Below, piece after piece: positions 41,342 to 53,346 of a DNA stretch of 64,000 nucleotides. The notes under the pieces are model-generated. The model was given only the letters and a program-made list of their open reading frames with translations. It did no database searches and was not told the DNA's origin. The stretch is from Chlorokybus atmophyticus (Eukaryota; Plantae; Mesostigma and Chlorokybus algae), in NCBI GenBank assembly GCA_009103225.1, contig RHPI01001965.1, forward strand, positions 573,114 to 637,113, in the 5' to 3' direction. A program made the position numbers and the translations under genes. Each line of letters opens with the position of its first letter. The stretch's first letter is position 1.

Positions 41342-44038
41342 TCATTGCGTGAGTGCGGTGTCCGGCAGCTCACCCAACAGATCCATACCCCATTTGCGAC
41401 CGCGCGAGTTGAGACGCTCAAGCACAACCTTGTCCTCTGAAACAACCTTGCGCATCACCATGCGAAAGGCAACATCCACCAGTGGTGTGGTCAAGAAGTT
41501 GCGCAGCAACACCCACACAAGACGCGACTTGTGGGGGCCTGCCGGCACGACGTGGGTGAGGGTCTTGAACTGCGACGTGCCATTGGCATCGGCAACAGTA
41601 ACCATCGCGCTGTAGGGAGGCATGCGCTTGACCGTCACGATCAGGCGGCCACCATTGTAGAACCTACGGAAGGGGTTCTCCTTGCGCATGCCATACTCAA
41701 AGCAGGTTGTGTTCTTATCGGGCCACCAGTTCCGGATCAGCTCCCCACTGGCAAAGGTGGACGTGTGCACTGTGTTGATGTGGAACACATCGTATGTATT
41801 CTCGACCACAGCAGATGGCTCTGCATCGATCTCTGTGACACCCGCCACAGCACGGAATCCTATATAACCAAGGAGTGTCAGGCCGTGAAGGACGTCAGTC
41901 TGTTGGCAATGACAGCAACTATATGCAGATTGGATAGGCAGGTTGCAAAAACAATTGCATACCTGGTGTAAGGAAGTCTTCATCAAATGGACAGAGTGCC
42001 GCAAGCTGTTCTGGTGTGAGATTGTCGACCCTAAACTCGTTGATCTTCGCTTCAGCACGTACAGCGAGCTCCTCGCTATCCTTGGTTGCTCTGCTCGAGG
42101 AAGATGAGCCTCCCGCAAGCAGTGTAGCATCCAGGAAAGGAAACGCAGCCCAAGGGTTGAACTTGGTCGCAACAGCAGGCTTTGTCGTCCGCTTCTTCAC
42201 GGGCGCAATTGCCACAGCATCCGAGCATACTCCTGGCTTGGCGCATTCCGTTTTGTGCTGCAAGGCGTGCCGAGACACAATCAGCCATATCCACAGACAA
42301 CAAATGTTATCACCACAGAACGTGACAGCGACATACCTTGGCAGATGGCAGCACCCAGACAATGCCATGTGCATCAAATGCTTGCAGGGAGTCAGTCTTG
42401 ATGTGGCGAGTCTGCTGGCATTTGCCTTTCTCATTGAAGTCCAGCCCATGATAAGGGCATCGCACGCACATGTCACCAGAATCGCTCTTAACCATGGGAC
42501 CCATGGACAAGGATGCTCCGCGATGCGGACAGAGGTCAGGCAGCACAGCAATAGCACCTGATTGACACATGACAATGAGCTTCGCGTTGATTCATGGCAT
42601 TGGGAGCAAGCTGCAAGCAAGCACGCATCACAACTTACCCGGGCGTGGACGGAAGAGCACCAGGGGCTCCCCCAACAGCTCCATCCGTACAGGCTTGTTC
42701 AGCGGGACCTCTGCAGACGTTGCAAGCGGGATAGGAAGCAACCCAGCAGTGGCTGCCACCGCCACTGCACTGATGGGAGGGGTAATGACAGCTGCAGCAG
42801 CCACTGGTGCTGTATGAGTAGCAGTGACTTCACCCTCTGTGACAAACTTTGCTAGGCCCTGGCCAGCCGAGACAGCAGCATCCACAGTGAGCTCAGCTGC
42901 CCTGTAGACAGCTGACACCGCCAGAGCAAACACAGACGTTGTCTCCGGTGAGATACTCAATTGCTCCACTTCTGCAGGCAGCGGCATGACAGCAACCACT
43001 GGAGCTACCGAGCCGGGGGCTTCAGCCTCTTCTGGGATGACAGCCAATTCTGGAGCATAGGATGGTGCTGCAGGGGTTGCACGCACTGCAATGTTGGGTA
43101 GTTTCGCCCGTTCCCGCACAGCCTGTGCCGTGGAGCGGAAGATGTTCGGCACGTCCGTCATGGCGACGGCTCCGACAGCGGCTGCAACAGCAGCGACCAC
43201 AGGCCGTAGCATCACGGCAGGTGCTGCAACTGCAGCAGCCGCTGCACCAAAGGCAACGCCTTGGCTGACTTTGAACGCGTTGCGCACCATATCCTGCTTG
43301 TTGTGCCTTGACTTGTAGTGCCTGTGCGCGCACAAACGTGTCAGAGCACTTAACACGTGAAAGCCAATCATCGTCACTATTGCAAGGGTGTTTCAACGTC
43401 CGCAAGCAACTTACACAACGGGTGCATCATCGAAAGCAGCTGACGCCTCTTCTTTCTTCTCTTTAACAATTAGGCTGGCAACAGCTCCAACAGCAACTGC
43501 CGCAACCACCGCTGGTTCACAGAAGACAGCAACCGAGGCTATGGCAGTGGCCCGCAGCAAGTTGAACAAAGAGCGGTCTTGCTGAGAAAGACTCTGCAAA
43601 GCCAACATTATTAGCGAGCGGTCAATTGGCAGTGTCACAACAAGTTGTTGCCGATCGCAATGGACATGGCCATTGGCATAGTTGTGCGTGCTAGCTCTCC
43701 TTTTCGTACAAGTGAATTTGCAACTGAATGCGAACCTCAGCCCATCTCACCTGTTCCGTTGGCTCAATGTCGGATGGGTTCACTCCTGTGACGGTTGCCC
43801 GAGGAGCAAGCTGGCGCCTGGTGAAGGTGCTGCGCGGTCTGCCGGAGGACCGGACTGCAGCTCTCCGAAGCGACTCTCCAAAGTAGGACGAGCCAGACCT
43901 ACGCAGAATTGGCACAAATCTGTGCTTGTCAAGCTGCTCGGCCCGCCCTTGACGCTCTCCGCAAGGAGACGCCGACACCCCGAGCCTTACCGACGACACT
44001 GCCAGCAGTGCCGTCGCCCCCACCGTCGCCATCGCCAT
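41342..44038 (-). CDS. Plastid-targeted Rieske non-heme iron oxygenase (PAO/CAO/VanA-like superfamily) with long Ala/Val-rich N-terminal extension
   Basis: Rieske ligands DLCPHRGASLS and RCPYHG; mononuclear Fe motif ENTYDVFHINTVH; C-terminal SRLVWVLLRNF..VVSEDKVVLE; N-terminal transit peptide. Confidence 0.88.
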
Positions 44039-46146
44039 GAACAACAGCCAAGCTCAACAACGACAGCACGCCCACGCAAATTCCTAAGCAGAGGCCAGGC
44101 AGGAAGCCAGCCAGCAACAGCCACAAGGCGGTCCACCTGGCCAGCCACCCCGTGGTTGCCTGCCGCACCTTAGCAGCCTGACCAGCCCTTGTACCCTCTT
44201 ATGCTCCTCTTTTCTTCACTGCTACCTCCTCCCGCAAGCGTCGCACGTCACAGCTACCAACCACGCCGACAATGCCGCCGCCCTGCTGCCTCACGCCCAC
44301 ACCAACGTCCAACGCCCTGCTCTCCTCCGACATGAGCCAGGCAACAACCTACCCTTGAAGGCCCCGCTCTCAGCTACCTTAACAGTGAGAGTTTTCATCA
44401 CTGTCTACCGTGGACGCTACTTCACGCTGCAGAGATTCAACTGATGACTCTCTCTCTCCCCTGCCTGTCAACAGGAGCACCGCGTGAGTGATCCCCACTC
44501 TGTGCCCGCCACGTCGGAATAGCTTCAGGCTGGATGATGATGCTGATGACGAAAGCGCGCGAAATACCATTGGGCAAGACTTTTGTGCCTGTGCTGAGTC
44601 GACAGCACACGCGCCGCTGGAAAGTCCTGCTGACGGAATTCACCCTACAACTTCCTGCAATCCGACGGATGGGGTTGAACACGTCAGTATTCCTCGAAAG
44701 TCCGCACTTACGAGCCTTGGAGATAGCGAATCACAGCGAGGCCCCAGCCCAATCACGGAATCCGCAGGGTCGCGTATCCCCTCGTGTTCGCGCGGGAAAT
44801 TTTAATATTGCCTCAAACGGCGTGTCAGACACACTCCATCACCAGCACTGTCAGTCGGCCAACCGTCGTCCTGTGCCACCATAACGTGACCGCTTTCACC
44901 GTCAAGGCGTGATGATCGCACAACCGTTGTGGTACAACCGTTGTGCTGCCAGCAAAAAGATTAGGCCTAGTACTAATCACGCTTTCACACCTACCAACAG
45001 GATATGTGTGTGTCTATGCAGCACCTCAAAGGTTTGCCTCTTGCTTATATATAACTTCAGCACAGGGTGTGCAACACCACTGTGCGTGAGCGGACCGGTA
45101 TGTATGCCCTTTGTACCCATTCATGCATTGTACACAAACCTTTGTACTATTGCGTCGCGCTATGTCAGCCTGTTTTTGGCAAACGGGTCTGCCGCAGGAG
45201 CCAAAGTAGCATGTCAGTTATGCTTACATCCCGGAAAGTGCCCAGGAACTGCCCACGTCGGCTGCTCACGTGGAGGCTTTCCAACCGGCGCTCAATAACG
45301 GTGCACAGCTGACATGCCACGCCGGCGCGGCAGGGGGAGTGGCGGAACAGAGAGATATTACCAAAGATATTGTCATGTTTTTCAGCAAATTGCATTCCGT
45401 GACAGCCATACAGACTGCAAATTACAGAATTGTTAAAAAAGGCTGTCTAGCATATGGGTATATTAGCAGTGTAAATTGTAGTACTATCACCAAGTTGTAT
45501 GGATTTTATGGCTGTGTATATAAAATGGCGCATGAAAGTGTATTATGGTGCTTGATGCAAAGGTAATGGGAACAGTTGCAAAACTTTAAGGTAACATAAA
45601 TGATGATAAGTGACAAGCTTCGTGCTTAATAAAAAGAGCATATGAATATTATAAGCACCTCTTCTCATAAATTTCGTACATGTTATTTCAATGTTGTTAA
45701 TCTATTATTTTTGGTTGTAATGAAAGTGCCAAGTACACTTACGTCGAGGGCATTATGTGTAAAGCATAATGACAAGAGCAAATTCAGGGTATATTATTAT
45801 TATCCGCTCAAAACTAATGCTGTTATGCGTGTTTGAATGTAATCAAATGGCATTATATAATGCAGCTACGGTTTATGTCTATCGATTGTGTAATGCAGCT
45901 GTGGTTTACATCTATTGATTGATAGCTCCATGCTAGCATTTTCCTCGCAAACTCGCAGTTTTGATGTGAATTTTATTAACGTTATAATTATTATTAAACA
46001 CTACACTCTTAGACGCGCTTACATATGTTCAACTATACAACTTGTAATTGCTGATTGCAAGGTGTACGTTGAATCAGAATGTGCCATGTATTTAAAAACA
46101 TGCAATGACAGCGAGGTTATGCTTCATATATTCGATAATTGCACTT

Positions 46147-46814
46147 GTTACATTGCCAAATTTCCTCTAGGGAGTGGCAGATATCGGCGAGTTATGAGTC
46201 TGCCGCGGATATCGACCGGGGCCCCAGAACCAGTCCGGAAGGTGCCAGAAAACGGAGGGCCAGTCGAGAAGGGCTCGACCAGATTTCTGGAAGGGCCTGG
46301 CGCCAAGTAGAATAACTTGACCATATGGGCACCTAATCAGGAGATCTTTGGTGCACGAGAAAGGTCTAGAAGTATACTACAAGGTTCTGGAATAACATCT
46401 TAACATCTAGTTTTGTGTAGCATGGGAATTGTCTAGACAGTAGCATGTGCAGACGGGTAGGTATAAAAGCGACAGTCTACAATGTGCAAAACAACATTTA
46501 GCTCCGTAGTTTCTTGTGTGCAAGCCTGGTGGTGGTTAGCAGGGTTGCTAGCGTGTGGTTAGCAGGGTTGCTAGCGTGTGGTTGCTAGCGTGTGTGACCA
46601 CTACTAGTGGACACACACGCTAGCAAGCACACACTAGTAGTGTGTGCTTGCTTGTGTGACGATCTAAGGCGAGTCGGTGTGTAGCTTCGAGGGCATGCGC
46701 GTGCGTACGCGAGTGGCGGGGTGCGCGTGTGTGCTTGGCAGAGGGGGAAAGGTTCCGGTGTGAATACCGTGTCTTGATGAGAGGGTTTTTAATTGGACCA
46801 ACTCACAGGTGACA
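46147..46814 (+). mobile_element. Possible LTR-like/solo-LTR remnant
   Basis: Bounded by TGTTAC..GTGACA; contains repeated ggaagg/ttctgga motifs, TATA-like gtataaaag at 46461 and a tandem ggttagcagggttgctagcgtgt. No matching TSD and no pol sequence seen. Confidence 0.3.
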
Positions 46815-47865
46815 AGGCACGAACACAGTCACACAAACGGTTGAAAATATCATATAATGACAATATATATGCGCTCATATGATGAAATTCATTGATTACC
46901 TAGCTTACGTTGAAGCTTGTGGCTCCTGTTTGTATAGACATATATGATTTAATGTAAGTTTCAGCCATTATGGAGCCAATGCAAAATGTTGAGTAAAACA
47001 CTGGTCGGAATCTCTCAATCTTTTGTCCTCAAAAACGCCAACCTTGCAAGTGGACGAGAACCCTACACTGGAGGGTGGGCAATATCGCATGGCACGCATC
47101 CCTTAACATTGCTCGGTTGCAAGAGAAGCTGCACTGCTTTTAGCCCCATACATGCCCCGCTATAAAGTTGCAAAGTACGTATAGTATATTTGCACCATAC
47201 GGCATTGTAACAACACCACCGTCGCCGGTGATGCCCCTTCAATCCTCTACCCCAACACCCACACCGCCTATGACAAGCCTTTCAGCGGCGTGGCTGCCAC
47301 TGAGCAAAGAACTCAAAGTAAGGTCACATCAATTTGATGTGACCTTTTATATTAAGAGTATATTAATTATACACCCCTCGATAATAAACTCACAACTAGA
47401 CATCGACCCCACAAATAGGGTAGTTAGGAAATCTAGCGTGAGCCAATCACAGCTCAGATAAGGGACCTATCGATAAGGTACCTATTGAAAGATACCTATT
47501 GTAAGGTACCTAACGAGATAGTGATCAAATGTGACACAAAATAGGCTTGAATAAGCGGTTCTACACCCATTGGGACTTACTTAAGCTATGATAAAGCATC
47601 ATAGCCTTTAATAAGCGAAGAACCGTAGAAAAGAGGTACACAAGCATATTTAGATACATATTCATACAGAAGTTGTTATTTAGGTAGCAATAATACCCCT
47701 ATTATTATTGCTCCCGTTACAGGCGGGCATTGCAAGACAATATGAATGCATACGCGCACATGCAGGCATGCATTGCAAGCAATTATTGCATGCGGCTGTA
47801 ATGCGTGCTCATAATGTTGTTACATCCGTGGTAATTCACTCGTTCGCAAGGCCCCAACGCAAGGG

Positions 47866-47974
47866 AAATGCCCCTACCCCGAGTTTAGGGCCATTTCGCA
47901 CCGCGAGACGCCAGCAACTCACGTTGTTGTGATGCGCGGTGCGATGTAGTTCTAACTTCGGGGCAGGAGCATTT
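47866..47974. repeat. ~110-nt fold-back inverted repeat (MITE-like or hairpin RNA)
   Basis: aaatgcccctaccccgagtttagggccatttcgcaccgcg pairs colinearly with cgcggtgcgatgtagttctaacttcggggcaggagcattt over 40 nt with a few mismatches; inner stem cagcaac/gttgttg. Confidence 0.75.
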
Positions 47975-48838
47975 TGCTGGCGGTGGACCCAAAAATGCAC
48001 ACATTTAGCAAGAATGCATTGCAACGTAATGTATGCGTGCATGCATTTGAGGATGATTGTTTGGAGTCGCATGGCGCAACCACGATTTATGGCGGTACGG
48101 TACACGTCGTATATCATACTGCTATAAATAACACGCCAGCAGGTCAGTCTTGGAAAAGAAAGGCAGCAATCAAAGACACGCGCTCAACTATTGTGTCCAT
48201 GCCCTACTCGATGTGTATTCAATACTACAATGTAAGGTAAGTGTAGCTAACTTCGGACATTTTGATAACGTTGGACATCAGCTTTTAGCCAATTGTGGTG
48301 TGTACTGGCGGTCGAATTGGTAGATTATAGCTCGATGTGTAGAACTTCACGCGACGCATCTAACCATACAAATTTCAGTTCGAGTGGTTAAATATCGACA
48401 CCACAAAGTGCGTTTTCACAGTTTGCAGTACACTTTGAACCTCTAAGGATAGCGTTAGAGAAAGCCGTTCGCAATGGTTATTAGCCGTGTGTGGCCGCCT
48501 TGTTGGCTATTAACGGCCTTTTTAAGGGCTACCGTATTTGCCCCAACACAGTCCCCCCCTTTTCATATAGTCCCCCCCTCGATTTTGCTGAGGGGGACTG
48601 TGTACGGGGGGGGACTGTGTTACAGTAGGGGGGACTGTGTTGTGTAGCTGGGCGCAGCACAGTCCCCGCCCAAGATACGTCATCCAACCTTCAATTTACG
48701 CCCATGGTCGTAATTGGGGTTTTTTGGCGCCGAAACAGCGGCGTTAGGGTTGTTGAGCTGTTTGGCGAGGTTGTTGAGGTGGGGCGGCGGTGAACATGGT
48801 GGGGGCGAGAGCTGCAATGGCATGCAGCGCGCCACCGC

Positions 48839-51560
48839 TTGGAAAGAGAAGCTGCTGCTGCCGAGGAGGCTGCCAAGATAGCTGCAGAGGCGGCAGCCAA
48901 GGCACGTGAGGCGGCCGCCAGGCTTGCGACAGAGGCGGCAGCAGAGCAGCTGGACGCCGGTGGTGAGCGGCCCACCGGCGTCCAGAAGCGCGTCAATGCT
49001 GCCCGCACCAACAACGGGCGCAATAGGAGGTACAAGCGGCGAGCATTCACATGTCACCAAAAGGTATGTTTATGCAATGTGCTTTGTGTATTGGTAATAA
49101 TGCATGCTGTTACTGCTCAGCACAATCAGCGTGTGCATATGCAAGTTTGCTTAGCAGTGTTGTGTGCTGTGTGTACTTGTGACAATGCATGCTATCACTG
49201 CTCAGCACAATAAGGGTGTGCATTTGCACGTGTACTTAGATGTGCTGCGTGCTGTGACAATGCATGCACGCTCACACACTTGCATGCACGTGACGCATGT
49301 GTATGCGTGCATGCACTGTTGCTGCGTGCTATGTGTCTGACTGGCGTGACCAACAAAGTGTTACATGGCAGCGCAAGTTCATTGACATTGCCAAGCATCT
49401 TGGCATAAAAAGAACCGAGCGCGAGCACGGCATCCACGCCAAGAGCTTGCGGAACTGGCTTAAGCAAGAGCTAGAGATCATGTCTGCATGTGCAAGTGAT
49501 TGTAGGCTAAAGGGTGGCGGGAGGACACTCTCAATTCCAGAGCTTGACACTCTTGTGTACAACTACATTGTTGATAAGAGGTCGCGTGGGTTGGGAGTGA
49601 CACAAGGCATGATCAGGGTATGTTTATGCATGTGGTACACTTGTGTTTGCATCAAGGGCTGCACGCACTTGCACGCACACACGCACGCGCACAGCTGCAC
49701 CACTCTAGCATGCACACGCACACGGAGCTGAACCATGCACGCACGCACACGCACACGCACTCCCGCACGCACACGCACGCGCACACGCACACACATGCAC
49801 GCAGCTGCACACACTGACGTACATGGCTGCACCACTCACGCACGCATACACACACGCACGCAGCTGCACACACACATTCACGTACATGGCTGCACAACTC
49901 ACGCACGCATACACACACGCACGCAGCTGCACACACACACACTCACGCACGCAGCTGCGCCAGCTGCACACCCACGCACCACTCGCACACGCACACGCAG
50001 ACGCACGCAGCTGCACACACACACGCACTCACACGCACGCAGCTGCACCACTCGTGCCCGCACTCATGCACCCACACGCACACGCACATGCACACGCAGA
50101 CGCACGCAGCTGCACACACACGCATTCACACGCACGCATCTGCACCACTCGCGCCCGCACTCATGCACGCACACGCACACACACACACGCAGCTGCACAC
50201 ACATGCACACACATGCAACAATGCACTGCACACGCACGCGCACACGAACACGTATCTCAAGGGCACAACCACACACACGCACGCTGGTACACTCAGCAAA
50301 CGCACACACCAGCACTTCAATAGCTCAATCAACATGCATGTGTGCAGCTGGAGGCCAAGCGGCTAGTTGCTGAACACAACGCCAACCTCAATGATGATGG
50401 CGATAAGTGGCAGTTGAAGGCCTCCCTCAATTGGGTGGTGCGCTTCATGGCGCGCCATGATCTTACTGTACGGGCACGCACTAAAGTAGGTCAGAAGCTC
50501 CCTCGTGATCTCGCACAAAAAGTTGAGGGCCACCGCATGTTCATTACCCTCATGAAGGAGCGGCACAAGTATGCCTCCAGTCAGGTCGTCAACATGGATG
50601 AAGTTCCAGTCACGGTGGACATGCCCGCGACTCGCACGGTCAACCAGCAAGGCAGCCGCACTGTCACCATGAAAACAACAGGTGAGGCATGCATGCGCAT
50701 GCAATCATGCAATCATTGCATGCTGAGGCACACACGTGTGAGTGGGTCGAGGCGGTGATGCGCAAGCGGCCGAAGCGGGTTTTTGGCACGAGAGCGCTGC
50801 TTGTCTGGGATTCCTTTTCAGCACACATGTGTGAGTCCGTGAAAGCAGCAACGCAGGCTGGCGGTATCGATCAAGCTGTCATTCCGGGTGGGTGTACGCC
50901 TATTCTTCAACCTTTGGATGTAGGGGTGAACAAGCCTTTCAAAGACATGCTTCGTGCAAATGTGAGTTGCTAAAATGTGCATGTGCTGATGTTGTGAGGA
51001 GTGCACAACTCACACGCTAGGTTGCATGTAAGTTTGTGTGCGTACCACCTGGGTGAGCTGCTCTTGGGTAAGGTTGCAATAACGGTTGTCATCTTAGGTT
51101 GTCAGTCATGATTAACATTGTGCTTTGTTGGTGTATGCAGTGGGCGTTGTGGATGGCAGACCCAGCCAACCATTCCTACACTGCAGGCGGCAACTTGCGG
51201 CACGCGGACTGGTCAACCGTAGTGTCGTGGGTGCATCAGGCTTGGGAGGAGTTGTCAGTGCAGACCATCATCAATGCGTTCAAGAAGGCGGGCGTGTGTG
51301 AAGCTGATTGGACCCCGGAGCAGGTCGTTGATGACAATGCGGACAATGTCGTCGATGTAGATGAGTTGCCGCTGGAGGTACAGGAAGAGCGTGTGATCTC
51401 AGAGTTGGAGAAGTTGCGTGTGCGCGATGAGGCCAATGCTTCAAGGGCTAACCATATCGAGCTGTCCAGTGATGAGAGCGAGCTTGATAGCATGTGTACT
51501 AGCAGTGATGATGATGCACAGGAGGATGACGGTGATGACTCTGATATGATCTTGTGTGGT
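48839..51560 (+). pseudogene. Spliced pogo transposase (BrkDBD/psq-like HTH + CENP-B HTH + DDE_1), probably defective
   Basis: RRAFTCHQK|RKFIDIAKHLG..KSLRNWLKQ..GGGR..GLGVTQGMIR|LEAKRL..KASLNWVVRFMARHDLTVRART..VVNMDEVP..MKTTG|[segment missing]..LLVWDSFSAH..VIPGGCTPILQPLDVGVNKPFK|..VSWVHQAWEELSVQTIINAFKKAGV. There are 35 residues between D2 and D3. The start codon is unclear (in-frame TGA at 48791). Confidence 0.85.
49660..50300. repeat. (CA/CGCA)-rich minisatellite with ~8 CAGCTGC cores in transposase intron 2
   Basis: Repeated acgcacgcagctgcacacacac units. Confidence 0.9.
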
Positions 51561-51612
51561 GAGAGATTACTTGAATTGGATGTTGTTGCTAGCATGTGTG
51601 ATTCCCTCGCAC

Positions 51613-51644
<32 letters not shown>

Positions 51645-53346
51645 GCGCACACAGCAGGCAGCGCGCGTTATATGTCAATACAGTCCCCCTCAAGGAGGAT
51701 ACTAAAATGGGGGGGGGACTCTAAGGTCAAAACACAGTCCCCCCCCCAAATTTGCTGGGGGGGACTGTGTTCGGGGGGGGACTGTGTTGGGGTAAATACG
51801 GTACTCAAATGGTTAGGTACTTAGAAATTATGGCCGCATTAGTGGTAAAGGCTCTACCGTAAAGCCCTGCTAGACTCTGCAAGAAGTTACGGCTAATCTG
51901 CCCAGACCGAAGTTAGCTCAAGTCATTTTATAAGCGTTTTCACCACACTTCACCCTTTGAGAGAGTGGTGCAAACGCGCCTGTTAATTATTTGGTAAACC
52001 AAGAAGTGCACCGAATAGCCCATCCCGTCAGCTTTCCAACAAGCCTACCCACGACCCAAACGGACAAACAATGCGCCCGTACCGGCTATTCTTAATTAGG
52101 TGTCCGAAGTATGCAACACTTACCCTAGTGTGACTCTACATCATCTTGTGGTTCAACACCAATTTATCCACATGCGGCCCTTGGAGTTTTGTGAAACGGA
52201 ATTTACCTAAATTCAAAATTCATCATAAATGTTTCATGAATAGTTCGTAGTAATACCATCATCGCAGACACACAATGCATTCTTTCTTGTGATTGACATT
52301 TGCATGCTTATGTGTTTCACGGGGAAGGCGAGTAGTGTAGTGGTAGTGTATATATATAATTTGTCTCGGTGGTGAATTACATAGCATGCCGTGTGCTATG
52401 TATGATTAATGAATGCCACCGTGTGTATAGCTATACATGACACCCCTTGCATGCAACATATGAAGCGTAACATCTTTTGTATACTTGTTGGAAGATTATC
52501 TCTTTATAAAGGCGACAAATCCGCATTTGCGCATGAAGATACAACAAGGGACATTAGGCTCACATTACGCCAATTTTTAGGCATCTTAAAACGCATTATA
52601 GCGTACGGATGATTACGCGATGATGACGCATGATGTTGCCTCGTGGCGAGGGCAACATCATCCTCTGCATATGTGAGCTCCACCTATAAACATCTTAGCA
52701 ATGGGAAGTGGATGCTGCTAACAAGGTCGCGCTATGCGCAGCTGCCCACAAAATCACGCGCTTGGGTGTATACCTCGTACCACAGGTATTGGGCACCAGA
52801 CTTACTGTGCGCCTACTACCGAAATGTCCAAGCTCGTGTGCGGTGTGGCAATCATGTTGTCTCAAGTGTGGGTGCATGAACCTCCTTGTCCTCACATGGA
52901 TGCGGTGCTATCGCCGTCTGTCCTTCCAAAGGTAATGGCCATCCATCAGCAGAAACACAATAATAGTAATCCTCACTGCCCCGCCGGCTATGTAGCGATC
53001 AAGATTCTCCAGGGGCACTAGCAGATTCACAGACGGTTGCAGGCACTTAGCCCGGCAGCGGGCAGTTCTTTGCTGCACGAGAGCAGCAATGGGTTTAATA
53101 AGGCACAAAGGTAGAGAGGCCGCAGGTTTTAACGAATGGAAGCCGAGCAGGGCACGGCCAAGCAGGGCATTGACGAGCACAGTGCGTTAACATGCACCTG
53201 CTTTATGCGGTGGGCCTAATGCACCCTTTGTTACAAGCTATGCTCCCTGCAAGTGTTGGTGATACACATGCTGTTGTTACCCAACTTGCTGCGACAAGTG
53301 CTCTAGTCAACCCCATCACCGTGCTCAGATGACCCACAGTCACACT

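Larger units (their letters stand above)
48532..51801 (+). mobile_element. pogo/Tc2-type (DD35D, POGK/Passer-like) DNA transposon, intron-containing, internally deleted
   Basis: 28-bp TIRs ccgtattt(g/a)ccccaacacagtccccccc with 1 mismatch; TA duplications at 48530-48531 and 51802-51803; multiple subterminal ACACAGTCCCCC repeats at both ends. Confidence 0.93.

Noticed and set aside
46623-46667. Hairpin followed by CTAA as a Helitron 3' end
   Set aside because: Not followed by T, no matching 5' TC end identified and no Rep/helicase sequence.
48540-48670. Short repeated ACACAGTCCCCC units resembling a CRISPR-like array
   Set aside because: Mixed orientation, no regular spacers, and mirrored at the other end of the element; these are transposon subterminal repeats.
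49563-50373. Many His/Thr/Arg- or Cys/Val-rich ORFs in the six-frame track (also ~12900-13400, 24150-24470, 27850-28200)
   Set aside because: Artefacts of CA/CG microsatellite introns.
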